Source: an uncultured Oscillospiraceae bacterium (lineage in GTDB: Bacteria > Bacillota > Clostridia > Peptostreptococcales > Anaerovoracaceae). From it: 64,000 nt of DNA. The stretch's first letter is position 1; each line of letters begins with the position of its first letter. The stretch is taken from contig CAYFQD010000006.1 in assembly GCA_964345275.1 (NCBI GenBank), forward strand, positions 812-64,811, given 5' to 3'. Of the stretch, positions 10,301 to 18,300 are shown piece by piece. The notes under the pieces were generated by a model. That model was given only the letters and a program-made list of their open reading frames with translations, did not search any database and was not told the DNA's origin. Position numbers and translations under genes: made by a program.

Positions 10301-10783
10301 CTACAGCCTGAGAGCTGCGTCCCCGGCAAGAACCCTTTCCGAAGCTTTCGCTCTGGCATTGGCAAGCTTAGATGTCAGGTCAGCGTCGCTCACAGCGAGA
10401 ATCTGTGTTGCAAGGATAGCGGCATTCTGCGCTCCATCGATGGCAACCGCAGCAACAGGAATGCCCGATGGCATCTGCACTGTAGAAAGAAGAGCATCCA
10501 GACCGTCAAGGGCAGAAGACTTGACAGGAACGCCTATAACCGGCAGCAAGGTGTTAGCTGCCAGCGCACCCGCCAGATGGGCAGCTTTTCCCGCAAATCC
10601 TATTATGACTCCGAAGCCTTCTGCCGCTGCATTCTGTGCGAAATCTCTGGCCTGCTCAGGAGTTCTGTGTGCCGAATAGATGTGCGCTTCGTAAGGTACT
10701 CCGTACTCTTTGAGAACATTTACCGCTTTTTCAACTACAGGCAGATCACTGTCACTTCCCATAATCAATGCTACTTTTTTCAT
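10301..10783 (-). CDS. purE: N5-CAIR mutase / AIR carboxylase catalytic subunit
   Basis: MKKVALIMGSDSDLPV...SAHRTP...GVPV motifs; first gene of the pur operon. Confidence 0.93.
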   Translation of the reverse strand: MKKVALIMGSDSDLPVVEKAVNVLKEYGVPYEAHIYSAHRTPEQARDFAQNAAAEGFGVIIGFAGKAAHLAGALAANTLLPVIGVPVKSSALDGLDALLSTVQMPSGIPVAAVAIDGAQNAAILATQILAVSDADLTSKLANARAKASERVLAGDAALRL

Positions 10784-10795
10784 TTTTTTATCCTT

Positions 10796-10843
10796 TCAAA
10801 AAACACAAAAGGCAACCTGCACTGTATGGAAAACAAGTTGCCT
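10796..10843 (-). terminator. Intrinsic terminator in the pur leader (expression platform of the upstream aptamer)
   Basis: On the minus strand: AGGCAAC-N20-GTTGCCTTTTGTGTTTTTT. Its 5' flank GTTCAGGC can alternatively pair with GCCTGAAC of the aptamer P2 strand to form an antiterminator. Confidence 0.6.
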
Positions 10844-10866
10844 GAACCAACCAATAAAAAACAAAA

Positions 10867-10933
10867 ACCAATAGTCACTTTTTTTCGGCGCGTGGTAGAG
10901 ACGTTCAGGCCGTCATACTGAACATATATTAGT
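10867..10933 (-). promoter_or_regulatory. Purine (guanine-type) riboswitch-like aptamer with an atypical P3
   Basis: Minus-strand RNA: ACUAAUA-UAU-GUUCAG-UAUGACGGC-CUGAAC-GUCUCUACC-ACGCGCCGAAAAAAAGU-GAC-UAUUGGU. P1 and P2 pair. The J2-3 (GUcUCUACC) and J3-1 (GAC-UAU, with C at the specificity position) signatures match the purine riboswitch. L2 GG and L3 CC are present. The P3 helix is largely unpaired. Confidence 0.5.
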
Positions 10934-10983
10934 AAAATATTCAATTGTGACAAGAAAACTGCTGATTCCATGTCCTTAAAGCA

Positions 10984-11012
10984 ATTATACTCCTGCTGTT
11001 AAGGTTTGTCAT
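10984..11012 (-). promoter_or_regulatory. Sigma-A type promoter of the pur operon
   Basis: Minus strand: ATGACA-17 nt-TATAAT, about 50 nt upstream of the aptamer and immediately after the sigH stop. Confidence 0.5.
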
Positions 11013-11022
11013 TATAATTCGC

Positions 11023-11667
11023 TTAGCTCCAGAGGTAATCATTAACTTTTCTCTTTGTACGCTGGAGTGCATTATCTATTGATTTCTTGGACTTCCCCAG
11101 TTTATCGGCGATCTGATCGTAAGTATAGCCTTTAATCGCCTCGCTTAGCACCTGCATCTCAAAATCGCTGAACACATTGTCCCCGTTATAGAGTATGTAT
11201 GCGGTAACATCCTTTATTATGAGCATGGCCTCAGGGCTGTAGGCATCGGCGGCATAAAGAGTATCTCCCAGCGTTACTCCGTCATTCTCGCCTCCCGACA
11301 GCTCATAGTCAGATGCTATCGGTCTGTTGAGAGATACGGAAGTGTTGAGAGGTTTGTGTTTAATGCGATTGGCTTTTCTTATTGCACTTATTATCTGTCT
11401 GGTAATGCATACTTCCGCAAATGTTGCAAAGGTGGCTTTTTTTTCCGGATTAAAACTTCTGATTGCCTTCATCAGACCTATCATGCCCTCCTGAATGACA
11501 TCATCCGCATCGGCTCCTACCATATAATAGGCCTTCGCCTTGCCCTTTACTATGCCGCTGTACTTTCTCATCAAGGTTTCTTCAGCTGCCATATCACCCG
11601 CCTGTGCTTCGACAGCCAGCATGTTATCCGTATTGGTTATTGAATTTATCAGATCCTTCTTTGACAT
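11023..11667 (-). CDS. sigH: Sporulation/early stationary phase sigma factor SigH
   Basis: MSKKDLINS...DDVIQEGMIGLMKAIRSFNPEKKATFATFAEVCITRQIISAIR...QIADKLGKSKKSIDNALQRTKRKV; located downstream of rlmB as in Bacillus. Start set at ATG 11667. Confidence 0.88.
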   Translation of the reverse strand: MSKKDLINSITNTDNMLAVEAQAGDMAAEETLMRKYSGIVKGKAKAYYMVGADADDVIQEGMIGLMKAIRSFNPEKKATFATFAEVCITRQIISAIRKANRIKHKPLNTSVSLNRPIASDYELSGGENDGVTLGDTLYAADAYSPEAMLIIKDVTAYILYNGDNVFSDFEMQVLSEAIKGYTYDQIADKLGKSKKSIDNALQRTKRKVNDYLWS

Positions 11668-11678
11668 AAGGGACCTCT

Positions 11679-12413
11679 CTAAAGCCTTTGCCTGACTATT
11701 TCGTACATGATTATTGCTGCTGCATTGGAAGCGTTCAGCGAGTTTACTCTGCCTTTCATGGGAATGCTCAGAACAACATCGCATTTTTCCTTCACGAGAC
11801 GGCTGATTCCGAAACCTTCACTTCCGATTACAATAGCAGCCGGTCCGGTAAGATCCTGACTGTACATGAGATCGCTGCCCATGTCACATGCATAAACCCA
11901 GATTCCTCTTTCCTTTAACTCGTCAATAGCATTTCCAATATTTGTAACCCTGGCACAGAGCATATGTTCAGCCGCTCCGGCACTTGTCTTCAGCACTGTT
12001 TCATTTACGGAAACACTTCTGCGTCTGGGAATAATTATCCCATGCGCTCCGGCACACTCCGCTGTACGCATAATTGCACCCAGATTGTGCGGATCTTCCA
12101 GACCGTCCAGCAAAATAAGCAATGGTTTCTCCCCGCGCTCCTCTGCCAGGGAAATGATATCCTGCATTTCACAGTATCGGAAATCCGATGCCACAGCTAT
12201 GATCCCCTGATGATTGGAACCTTTCAGCATCCTGTCCATAAAAGCTTTATCGCTGTAATAAATGGGGATTTTTTTATCCTTTGCCTTTGCAATTATCTGC
12301 TTTACGGATCCGCTGTAACGCTCATCGCTTTTCTGTATGTTGATTTTTTCTATTTCACGGTCTCCCTTTAATGCTTCAAGGACCGCATTTCTTCCTATAA
12401 TAAGGTCGGACAT
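11679..12413 (-). CDS. rlmB: TrmH-family 23S rRNA (Gm2251) 2'-O-methyltransferase
   Basis: SpoU/TrmH motifs (LLILLDGLEDPHNLGAIMRTAECAGAHGIII...IGSEGFGISRL...IPMKGRVNSLNASNAAAI); conserved position upstream of sigH. Confidence 0.82.
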   Translation of the reverse strand: MSDLIIGRNAVLEALKGDREIEKINIQKSDERYSGSVKQIIAKAKDKKIPIYYSDKAFMDRMLKGSNHQGIIAVASDFRYCEMQDIISLAEERGEKPLLILLDGLEDPHNLGAIMRTAECAGAHGIIIPRRRSVSVNETVLKTSAGAAEHMLCARVTNIGNAIDELKERGIWVYACDMGSDLMYSQDLTGPAAIVIGSEGFGISRLVKEKCDVVLSIPMKGRVNSLNASNAAAIIMYEIVRQRL

Positions 12414-12453
12414 TTAATTCTATCCTTTTCCTCTTTATGCCGGCTGCTGCAGA

Positions 12454-12966
12454 CTAAGGCTTCTCGTACTTGCGGAAGGTGTATCTGTAACCCCCGTCCT
12501 CCTGCAGATCCGATTCCCAGGTTACTTTGTATCCCAGCTCATCCAGATCCGGAAAGAATCTGTCCGCATCAAAGGAGTGATCTATCCATGTTACATAGAG
12601 GCTGTCCACATCATCAAGAAAGAGTTCATAAATCGATGATCCTCCGCATATGAAAACCTCTTCAAATTCCTTTGCTGCTTCCAGAACTTCTTCCTTAGAG
12701 CGGCATAGAATGCACTTGTATTCTCCGCCTTCCTTCATATTTTCCCTCAGTGGAATATCGAAATCCGGATCAGTGCTCAGAACTATATGATTGCGGTTGG
12801 GCAAAGGTCTGCATCCCGGCAGGGATTCCAAAGTTTTTCGACCAAAAACAACACATTTGCCCTGGGTTTTGTCCTTGTAATATTTCAGATCACCCGGCAG
12901 ATGTGCCAGCAGGTCGTTATTTTTGCCGATTCCCCAATTTTTGTCAACCGCCACTATTAAATCCAC
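12454..12966 (-). CDS. folA: Dihydrofolate reductase
   Basis: MDLIVAVDKNWGIGKNNDLLAHLPGDLKYYKDKT...GRKTLESLP...; 170 aa, downstream of thyA. Confidence 0.9.
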   Translation of the reverse strand: MDLIVAVDKNWGIGKNNDLLAHLPGDLKYYKDKTQGKCVVFGRKTLESLPGCRPLPNRNHIVLSTDPDFDIPLRENMKEGGEYKCILCRSKEEVLEAAKEFEEVFICGGSSIYELFLDDVDSLYVTWIDHSFDADRFFPDLDELGYKVTWESDLQEDGGYRYTFRKYEKP

Positions 12967-13005
12967 ATCTCTCCTCCGTTTAAGGCAGCCTTTTGGCTCT
13001 TTGCC

Positions 13006-13836
13006 CTATATTGCTATAGGAATATCCGCAATCTGCGGATTATTCCTGTAATCTTCAATTTTTATATCCCCCGGGGTAAAATCATAAAAGTTTCTTACTT
13101 CAGGATTCAGTTTGAATTTCGGCGCCGGATATTGCGGTCTCTCGATCATTTCCCGGACTATTTCCGTATGTCTGTCATATATGTGAGCATCGGCAATGAC
13201 ATGGATCAGTTCTCCGGGAATCAGATCCGAAACCTGTGCCATCATGTGAATCAATACTGCATACTGAACCACATTCCAGTTGTTGGCCGCCAGTATGTCC
13301 TGTGAGCGCTGATTTAATATGGCGTTCAGCCGATTTCCCGTCACATTAAAGGTCATGCTGTATGCACATGGTTCCAATCCCATCTCCGAAAGATCAGCAA
13401 AATTGTATATATTGGTCATTATCCGCCTGGAATAAGGTGTATTCTTCAATTGCCAGAGCACATTGTCAACCTGATCCATTTCGCCCTGGGCAAATCTGTA
13501 TTTAACGCCCATCTGATAGCCGTATGCCTTGCCTATTGTCCCGTGCTCGTCAGCCCACTGATTCCATATGGTACTCTTGAGTTCACTGATTCTGTTGGAC
13601 TTCCTCTGCCATATCCAGAGCATCTCGTCAACGGCACTTTTTATGTATGTAGGTCTGAGTGTCAGTGCCGGGAATTCTTCCTGAAGGTCGTATCTGTTCA
13701 CAACTCCGAACTGTTTGATTGTGTGTGCCGGTGTTCCGTCTTCCCATCTGGCGCGGACATCATAGCCTTCACTGGAGAATCCATTATCCAGTATGTCCCT
13801 GCACATATTCACAAAAATCACATCTGCCTTACTCAT
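13006..13836 (-). CDS. thyA: Thymidylate synthase (ThyA type)
   Basis: 276 aa with ...LEPCAYSMTFNV...LNQRSQDILAANNWNVVQYAVLIHMMA... ThyA-type motifs. Confidence 0.88.
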   Translation of the reverse strand: MSKADVIFVNMCRDILDNGFSSEGYDVRARWEDGTPAHTIKQFGVVNRYDLQEEFPALTLRPTYIKSAVDEMLWIWQRKSNRISELKSTIWNQWADEHGTIGKAYGYQMGVKYRFAQGEMDQVDNVLWQLKNTPYSRRIMTNIYNFADLSEMGLEPCAYSMTFNVTGNRLNAILNQRSQDILAANNWNVVQYAVLIHMMAQVSDLIPGELIHVIADAHIYDRHTEIVREMIERPQYPAPKFKLNPEVRNFYDFTPGDIKIEDYRNNPQIADIPIAI

Positions 13837-13868
13837 AATAAAACTTCTCCCTCATCGCATGAAATTAC

Positions 13869-14123
13869 TCATATCCCCGGTTTCCAGAAATCATGTTCCA
13901 GTACAACCAGCTTAATAAAGAAACCGACCAGGGCAACTATTATGATCACAATACACCAGAGTTCAAAGGAATTCAGGCGTCTGAGACCCTTCTTCTCCTG
14001 TCTGCCCTCTTCTTCACGGCGCCTACGGTTCTCATTGTCGAACTCACGCCCGGTCATATAGTAATCCATAATCCAGCCCTTTGACTTGTTTCTTACCTTC
14101 TTGTTCTTGCTTTTCTTTGACAT
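13869..14123 (-). CDS. Small hypothetical protein, highly basic N-terminus + one TM helix
   Basis: 84-aa ORF starting 4 nt after the mrnC stop with GAAGGA upstream. Sequence MSKKSKNKKVRNKSKG...RRRREEEGRQEKK...LWCIVIIIVALVGFFIKLVVL. No family recognised. Confidence 0.45.
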   Translation of the reverse strand: MSKKSKNKKVRNKSKGWIMDYYMTGREFDNENRRRREEEGRQEKKGLRRLNSFELWCIVIIIVALVGFFIKLVVLEHDFWKPGI

Positions 14124-14127
14124 CTTC

Positions 14128-14508
14128 CTATCCTTCGATTATTTCTACGGCACGGTTCATTATTGCTGTCAGCCTTTCCTCTTCCTCCGCCAGATACAGA
14201 TATCCGACAAGAGCTTCAAATGCAGTTGCCCATTTGTAAGTGATGGGATCTGCATTCTTCGCCTTTGAATTGAATTTGTGATTTCTTGCACGCTTCACGA
14301 GCCTTTGCTCTTCATAGGAAAGCTCTTCAAACATGCAGCGAATCGCCTCTGCCTGTGCCCCCGCCTTTACATATCCGGTAGCAGCCCTATGCAGATTGTT
14401 GGCTCTGACCATGCCAACAGACAGAAGTTTCTCTCTTATAAACTTTTCATAGACCGCGTCGCCCATGTATGCCAGGGCTTCTGTATTTATACATTTGATA
14501 TTTTTCAT
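14128..14508 (-). CDS. mrnC: Mini-ribonuclease 3
   Basis: 126 aa; ALAYMGDAVYEKFIRE...NAD... RNase III-like signature; immediately downstream of cysS as in Bacillus (yazC). Confidence 0.85.
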   Translation of the reverse strand: MKNIKCINTEALAYMGDAVYEKFIREKLLSVGMVRANNLHRAATGYVKAGAQAEAIRCMFEELSYEEQRLVKRARNHKFNSKAKNADPITYKWATAFEALVGYLYLAEEEERLTAIMNRAVEIIEG

Positions 14509-14510
14509 TC

Positions 14511-15929
14511 TTATTCTCTGATAATCTGTACACCCTGTGAAGTATCCTTAAGAGTTATTCCCCTGGCTTTAAGCAAATCTCTTATTTCGTCGGCTCTTGC
14601 AAAATCTTTTGCTTTTCTGGCTGCCTGTCTTTCATCTATGAGTGTTTTAATTTCAGGCTCTATATCCTCAGCATCGGTTTCTCCGCCTGCATCCTGCTGA
14701 AGCAGGCCGAGAACTGTGGCAAGTTCCATCAGAATATCCAGGGCACCCTGTGCAAACTCCTTTGAAGCACCGCCTGCGACCGCTGTATTTATTGCCGTTA
14801 TAAGCTCAAAGACAACCGAAATAGCATCTGCTGTATTAAGGTCGTCGTCCATTACTGCGCAAAAATCGTTTCTGTATTTATCAAAGCTTTCAAGTGTCGC
14901 CTTCTCAGCATCGGTAGCGTTGACATTATCTCCGGCTGTTGCAATAAGGTGCTTCAGGTTTGACTTGGCATTTCGCATTCTCTTGAGTCCGTTCTCCGAC
15001 TGTGCCAGAATTTCCGGATTGAAATCGATTGGCCCTCTGTAGTGCCCGCTGAGAATAAGAAATCTGAGAACCTCACCATCATATACATTCAGCAAATCCC
15101 GTACCGTCTTGAAGTTGCCAAGAGACTTGCTCATCTTGACGCCATCAACATTAATATATCCGTTATGCATCCAGTATCTGGCCAGCTGCTTGCCGTTATG
15201 CGCCTCTGACTGTGCTATCTCATTTTCATGATGAGGGAACTGCAAGTCTTCTCCTCCTGCATGGATATCCAGTGTATCACCCAGGTACTTCTTTGACATG
15301 GCTGAACACTCGATGTGCCAGCCGGGTCTGCCCATGCCCCACGGAGAATCCCAGGCAATTTCCGAATCTTCCTTGCGAGCCTTCCAGATGGCGAAATCAA
15401 GAGGATCTTCCTTCTTTTCATCCACTGCAATACGAGCACCCAGCCGCAGGTCATCTGTGTTCTTGCCCGAAAGCTTGCCATAACCATCGAACATCTTTGT
15501 TCTGTAATAAACATCGCCGTCCGATTCATATGCAAAGCCTTTATCTATCAGGTCGGCAACAAATTTAATGATACCGTCCATTGTTTCCGTAACCTTAGGA
15601 TGAACAGTTGCCTTCTTAACATTCAGTGCTGCTGCATCTTTATAATACTCTTCTATATACTTTTCACTGATATCCTTTGCAGCGACACCTTCTTCTTTGG
15701 CACGATTTATTATTTTATCGTCAACATCTGTGAAGTTCTGAACAAACTTCACCTTGTATCCGCGATATTCCAGGTATTTTCTCATGGTATCAAAGACCAC
15801 AAAAGGTCTGGCATTTCCGATATGGAAGTAGTTATATACGGTAGGGCCGCATACATACATTTTTACTTTGCCTTCTTCAACAGGAATAAATTCCTCTTTT
15901 TCCCTCGTGAGAGTGTTATATACTTTCAT
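14511..15929 (-). CDS. cysS: Cysteinyl-tRNA synthetase
   Basis: MKVYNTLTREKEEF...MYVCGPTVYNYFHIGNARP...KMSKSLGN (HIGH and KMSKS motifs). Start at 15929 is preceded by AAGGGGGA. Confidence 0.95.
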   Translation of the reverse strand: MKVYNTLTREKEEFIPVEEGKVKMYVCGPTVYNYFHIGNARPFVVFDTMRKYLEYRGYKVKFVQNFTDVDDKIINRAKEEGVAAKDISEKYIEEYYKDAAALNVKKATVHPKVTETMDGIIKFVADLIDKGFAYESDGDVYYRTKMFDGYGKLSGKNTDDLRLGARIAVDEKKEDPLDFAIWKARKEDSEIAWDSPWGMGRPGWHIECSAMSKKYLGDTLDIHAGGEDLQFPHHENEIAQSEAHNGKQLARYWMHNGYINVDGVKMSKSLGNFKTVRDLLNVYDGEVLRFLILSGHYRGPIDFNPEILAQSENGLKRMRNAKSNLKHLIATAGDNVNATDAEKATLESFDKYRNDFCAVMDDDLNTADAISVVFELITAINTAVAGGASKEFAQGALDILMELATVLGLLQQDAGGETDAEDIEPEIKTLIDERQAARKAKDFARADEIRDLLKARGITLKDTSQGVQIIRE

Positions 15930-15940
15930 ACTGATCCCCC

Positions 15941-16735
15941 TTATTTTTCTGTTCTGAATTCTTCCAGAAGCAAGTCCACATCTTTCATGGAGCATCCCGT
16001 ATCATCACAGGAAATGCAGTCACAGGAGCCTTGCTTCTCCTCATATACCTGATTGTTGATCTCCTTTACTATTTCCTCGTACTGACAGTTCTGGCTGCAT
16101 CTGTTCCCGTATTCTCTTACTATCAGTTCCTCAAGCTCAACTACACGGCGTCTGAGGCACTCCAGTTCAACAGCTATCGGATCCGGCATATCAACCTGAT
16201 CCATTTCCGATGTAGGGCTGCCATTCATCTTTACGACTGTTCCCGGAATTCCAACAACTGTACAGCCGTCGGGAACCTCTCTGAGAACCACCGCTCCGGC
16301 TCCCACCTTACAGTCGTTTCCAACCTTGAATGGTCCTAAGACCTTTGCTCCTGTACTGATTACACACCTGTCACCTATGGTCGGATGTCTCTTGCCTGTA
16401 TCTTTTCCCGTGCCTCCAAGAGTAACACCCTGATAAATGGTAACATCATCTCCAACTTCAGTTGTCTCACCTATTATTACCGCCATGCCGTGATCAATTA
16501 CACATCTGCGGCCAATGGTCGCTCCGGGATGTATCTCTATTCCCGTAAACCATCTGGTTAACTGGGAGATTATTCGGGCAATCAGTTTTAAGTTATGTTT
16601 ATACAGCCAGTGCGCCATCGTATGACACATGAGTGCCCATACACCCGGATAACACAAGAAAACCTCCAGACCGTTTCTTGCGGCCGGGTCTCTCTCCATA
16701 ACAGCTTTTATGTTTTCCCGTGTTCTTTTGAACAT
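15941..16735 (-). CDS. cysE: Serine O-acetyltransferase with a roughly 90-aa Cys-rich C-terminal extension
   Basis: Hexapeptide-repeat SAT core (GIEIHPGATIGRRCVIDHGMAVIIGETTEVGDDVTIYQGVTLGG...) followed by a coiled segment and CSQNCQ...GSCDCISCDDTGC. Confidence 0.88.
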   Translation of the reverse strand: MFKRTRENIKAVMERDPAARNGLEVFLCYPGVWALMCHTMAHWLYKHNLKLIARIISQLTRWFTGIEIHPGATIGRRCVIDHGMAVIIGETTEVGDDVTIYQGVTLGGTGKDTGKRHPTIGDRCVISTGAKVLGPFKVGNDCKVGAGAVVLREVPDGCTVVGIPGTVVKMNGSPTSEMDQVDMPDPIAVELECLRRRVVELEELIVREYGNRCSQNCQYEEIVKEINNQVYEEKQGSCDCISCDDTGCSMKDVDLLLEEFRTEK

Positions 16736-16746
16736 TTCTTTTCCCC

Positions 16747-17574
16747 CTATTTATCTGCCGTTTCCCTGACATTTGGATAATCGTCTCCGTGATAATCCGA
16801 TCCTTCCGTAATATGCAGGCGGTATTTCTCCGCAATTTCAACAAATCTCATAGCTTGTTCTTCATTATGATCCGGGTGGTAGCATTCCAGCCCTTTCAGC
16901 CCCTTTTTCCTGAGCCGGCCAATCAGCTTGTCGGCGTTTTCAAAGAACTCCTCGCTTCCCGGAATTCCCATTCCTTTTATCTGTATGGGATGTGCCAGTA
17001 CCGGTGTACCTCCGGCTTTTATTATTACTTCTATGGCATCTTTGACCGAGGGTTTTGCTTTTTTAATCTTTCTTAATTTCTCGCTCCCCAGTATTTCCGG
17101 ACCGAAGGCTTGCTTCTGGTGTGTTATATAACCTTTTTTCACCAGGGCATCTGCTATAAGCGGCTTGCCGATAAAGCTGTTCTTTCCCTTCTCTACATCT
17201 TCAAAACTCACATTGTAACCACTCTCCCGCAACGCTTCAAAAAGTCTGACATTTCTATCTTCCCTGTTGGCTATGAGCTGCTTCAGGAAGTCTTTCAGTT
17301 CTTCGGAATTCGTATCTATGTTATACCCAAGGATGTGAAGTCCCAGTCCCTCTTCGGACTCCGTTGCAACTTCCAATCCGGGAATCACTTTTAAGTCTAC
17401 AGCTTCAGCTGCAATCATCGCCTCCGGAATACCGTCAACATTGTCATGATCGGTTATGGCAATTATATCATACCCCTGCTCCTTGGCCTTTTTAATGATG
17501 TCCGTCGGTGTAGAGTGTCCGTCGGAATATGTTGTATGTATGTGATAATCCACTTTGTATTTTTCCATTTCCAT
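16747..17574 (-). CDS. PHP-domain metal-dependent phosphoesterase
   Basis: YKVDYHIHTTYSDGHSTP...IAITDHDNVDG...VLAHP...GSDYHG, typical PHP/TrpH-like motifs. The start is ambiguous between 17574 and 17568. Confidence 0.8.
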   Translation of the reverse strand: MEMEKYKVDYHIHTTYSDGHSTPTDIIKKAKEQGYDIIAITDHDNVDGIPEAMIAAEAVDLKVIPGLEVATESEEGLGLHILGYNIDTNSEELKDFLKQLIANREDRNVRLFEALRESGYNVSFEDVEKGKNSFIGKPLIADALVKKGYITHQKQAFGPEILGSEKLRKIKKAKPSVKDAIEVIIKAGGTPVLAHPIQIKGMGIPGSEEFFENADKLIGRLRKKGLKGLECYHPDHNEEQAMRFVEIAEKYRLHITEGSDYHGDDYPNVRETADK

Positions 17575-17597
17575 CCCCCTCGCTTCTCCGCACACCA

Positions 17598-18170
17598 TTA
17601 TTCAAAGTATACCCGGCCATCCTTTATCTGGCTTATTACGGCCAGAGACTCAACTCTGTATCCCTTTTCCCTTAATCTTTCTGCTCCGCCCTGATATCCT
17701 TTTTCTATTACTGCTCCAAAGCCTACAACCTCAGCTCCTGCCTGCTCAGCGATATCCACTAGAGCCATTGACGCTTCGCCGGTTGCCAGAAAGTCATCAA
17801 GAATCAAAACCTTATCGCCCCTGCTCAGATATTTTCTGTCTACCTTAAGGTTTGATACCGTTCCCTTTGTAAAAGATTTTGCAGCTGCTTCGAAGAAGTC
17901 CTCCGTCATGGTGCTCGGTGCTGCCTTTTTGGCAAATACCACAGGCGGAAAACCAAAATGTCTTGCTGCCATGCATGCGATACCGATTCCGCTGGCTTCC
18001 ACTGTCATAATTTTACTGACCTGAACACCATCAAATCTCTTTCTGAATTCTGCTCCTATTTCATCAAAGAACTCCACATCAATCTTATGATTCAGAAAGG
18101 AATCAACCTTGACTATTTCGGTTCCTATTACCGAGCCTTCTCTTCTGATTTTTTCCTTCAGGGATTCCAT
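17598..18170 (-). CDS. xpt: Xanthine phosphoribosyltransferase
   Basis: 190 aa; VDSFLNHKIDVEFFDEIG...KVLILDDFLATGEA (PRPP-binding motif). Confidence 0.9.
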   Translation of the reverse strand: MESLKEKIRREGSVIGTEIVKVDSFLNHKIDVEFFDEIGAEFRKRFDGVQVSKIMTVEASGIGIACMAARHFGFPPVVFAKKAAPSTMTEDFFEAAAKSFTKGTVSNLKVDRKYLSRGDKVLILDDFLATGEASMALVDIAEQAGAEVVGFGAVIEKGYQGGAERLREKGYRVESLAVISQIKDGRVYFE

Positions 18171-18231
18171 ATTTTTTCCTCTCGCTGAAATTCTGTTTTT
18201 TTGTCCCCTGCGCCGGACGCTCCCTCACTAT

Positions 18232-18270
18232 GCAGCAGAAAAGCATACGCGGCACTCACGCGCCGCGTAC
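18232..18270 (-). terminator. Intrinsic terminator after the coiled-coil protein gene
   Basis: Minus strand: TACGCGGC-gcgtgagt-GCCGCGTA followed by TGCTTTTCT. Confidence 0.5.
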
Positions 18271-18300
18271 ATTTCCAGACTTCCTCTATCTTTTTACCGA

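Noticed and set aside
10925-10955. Second promoter-like element in the pur leader (TTGTCA-16 nt-TAATAT on the minus strand)
   Set aside because: Its -10 box overlaps the 5' strand of the aptamer P1 helix, so transcripts from it could not form the aptamer. The upstream ATGACA-17-TATAAT promoter is more consistent. This is AT-rich sequence that matches by chance.
18171-18300. Expected a purine riboswitch upstream of xpt, as in B. subtilis
   Set aside because: No UCUACC/GACUAU junction signatures or three-way junction are present. The GC-rich hairpin there reads as the terminator of the upstream gene.
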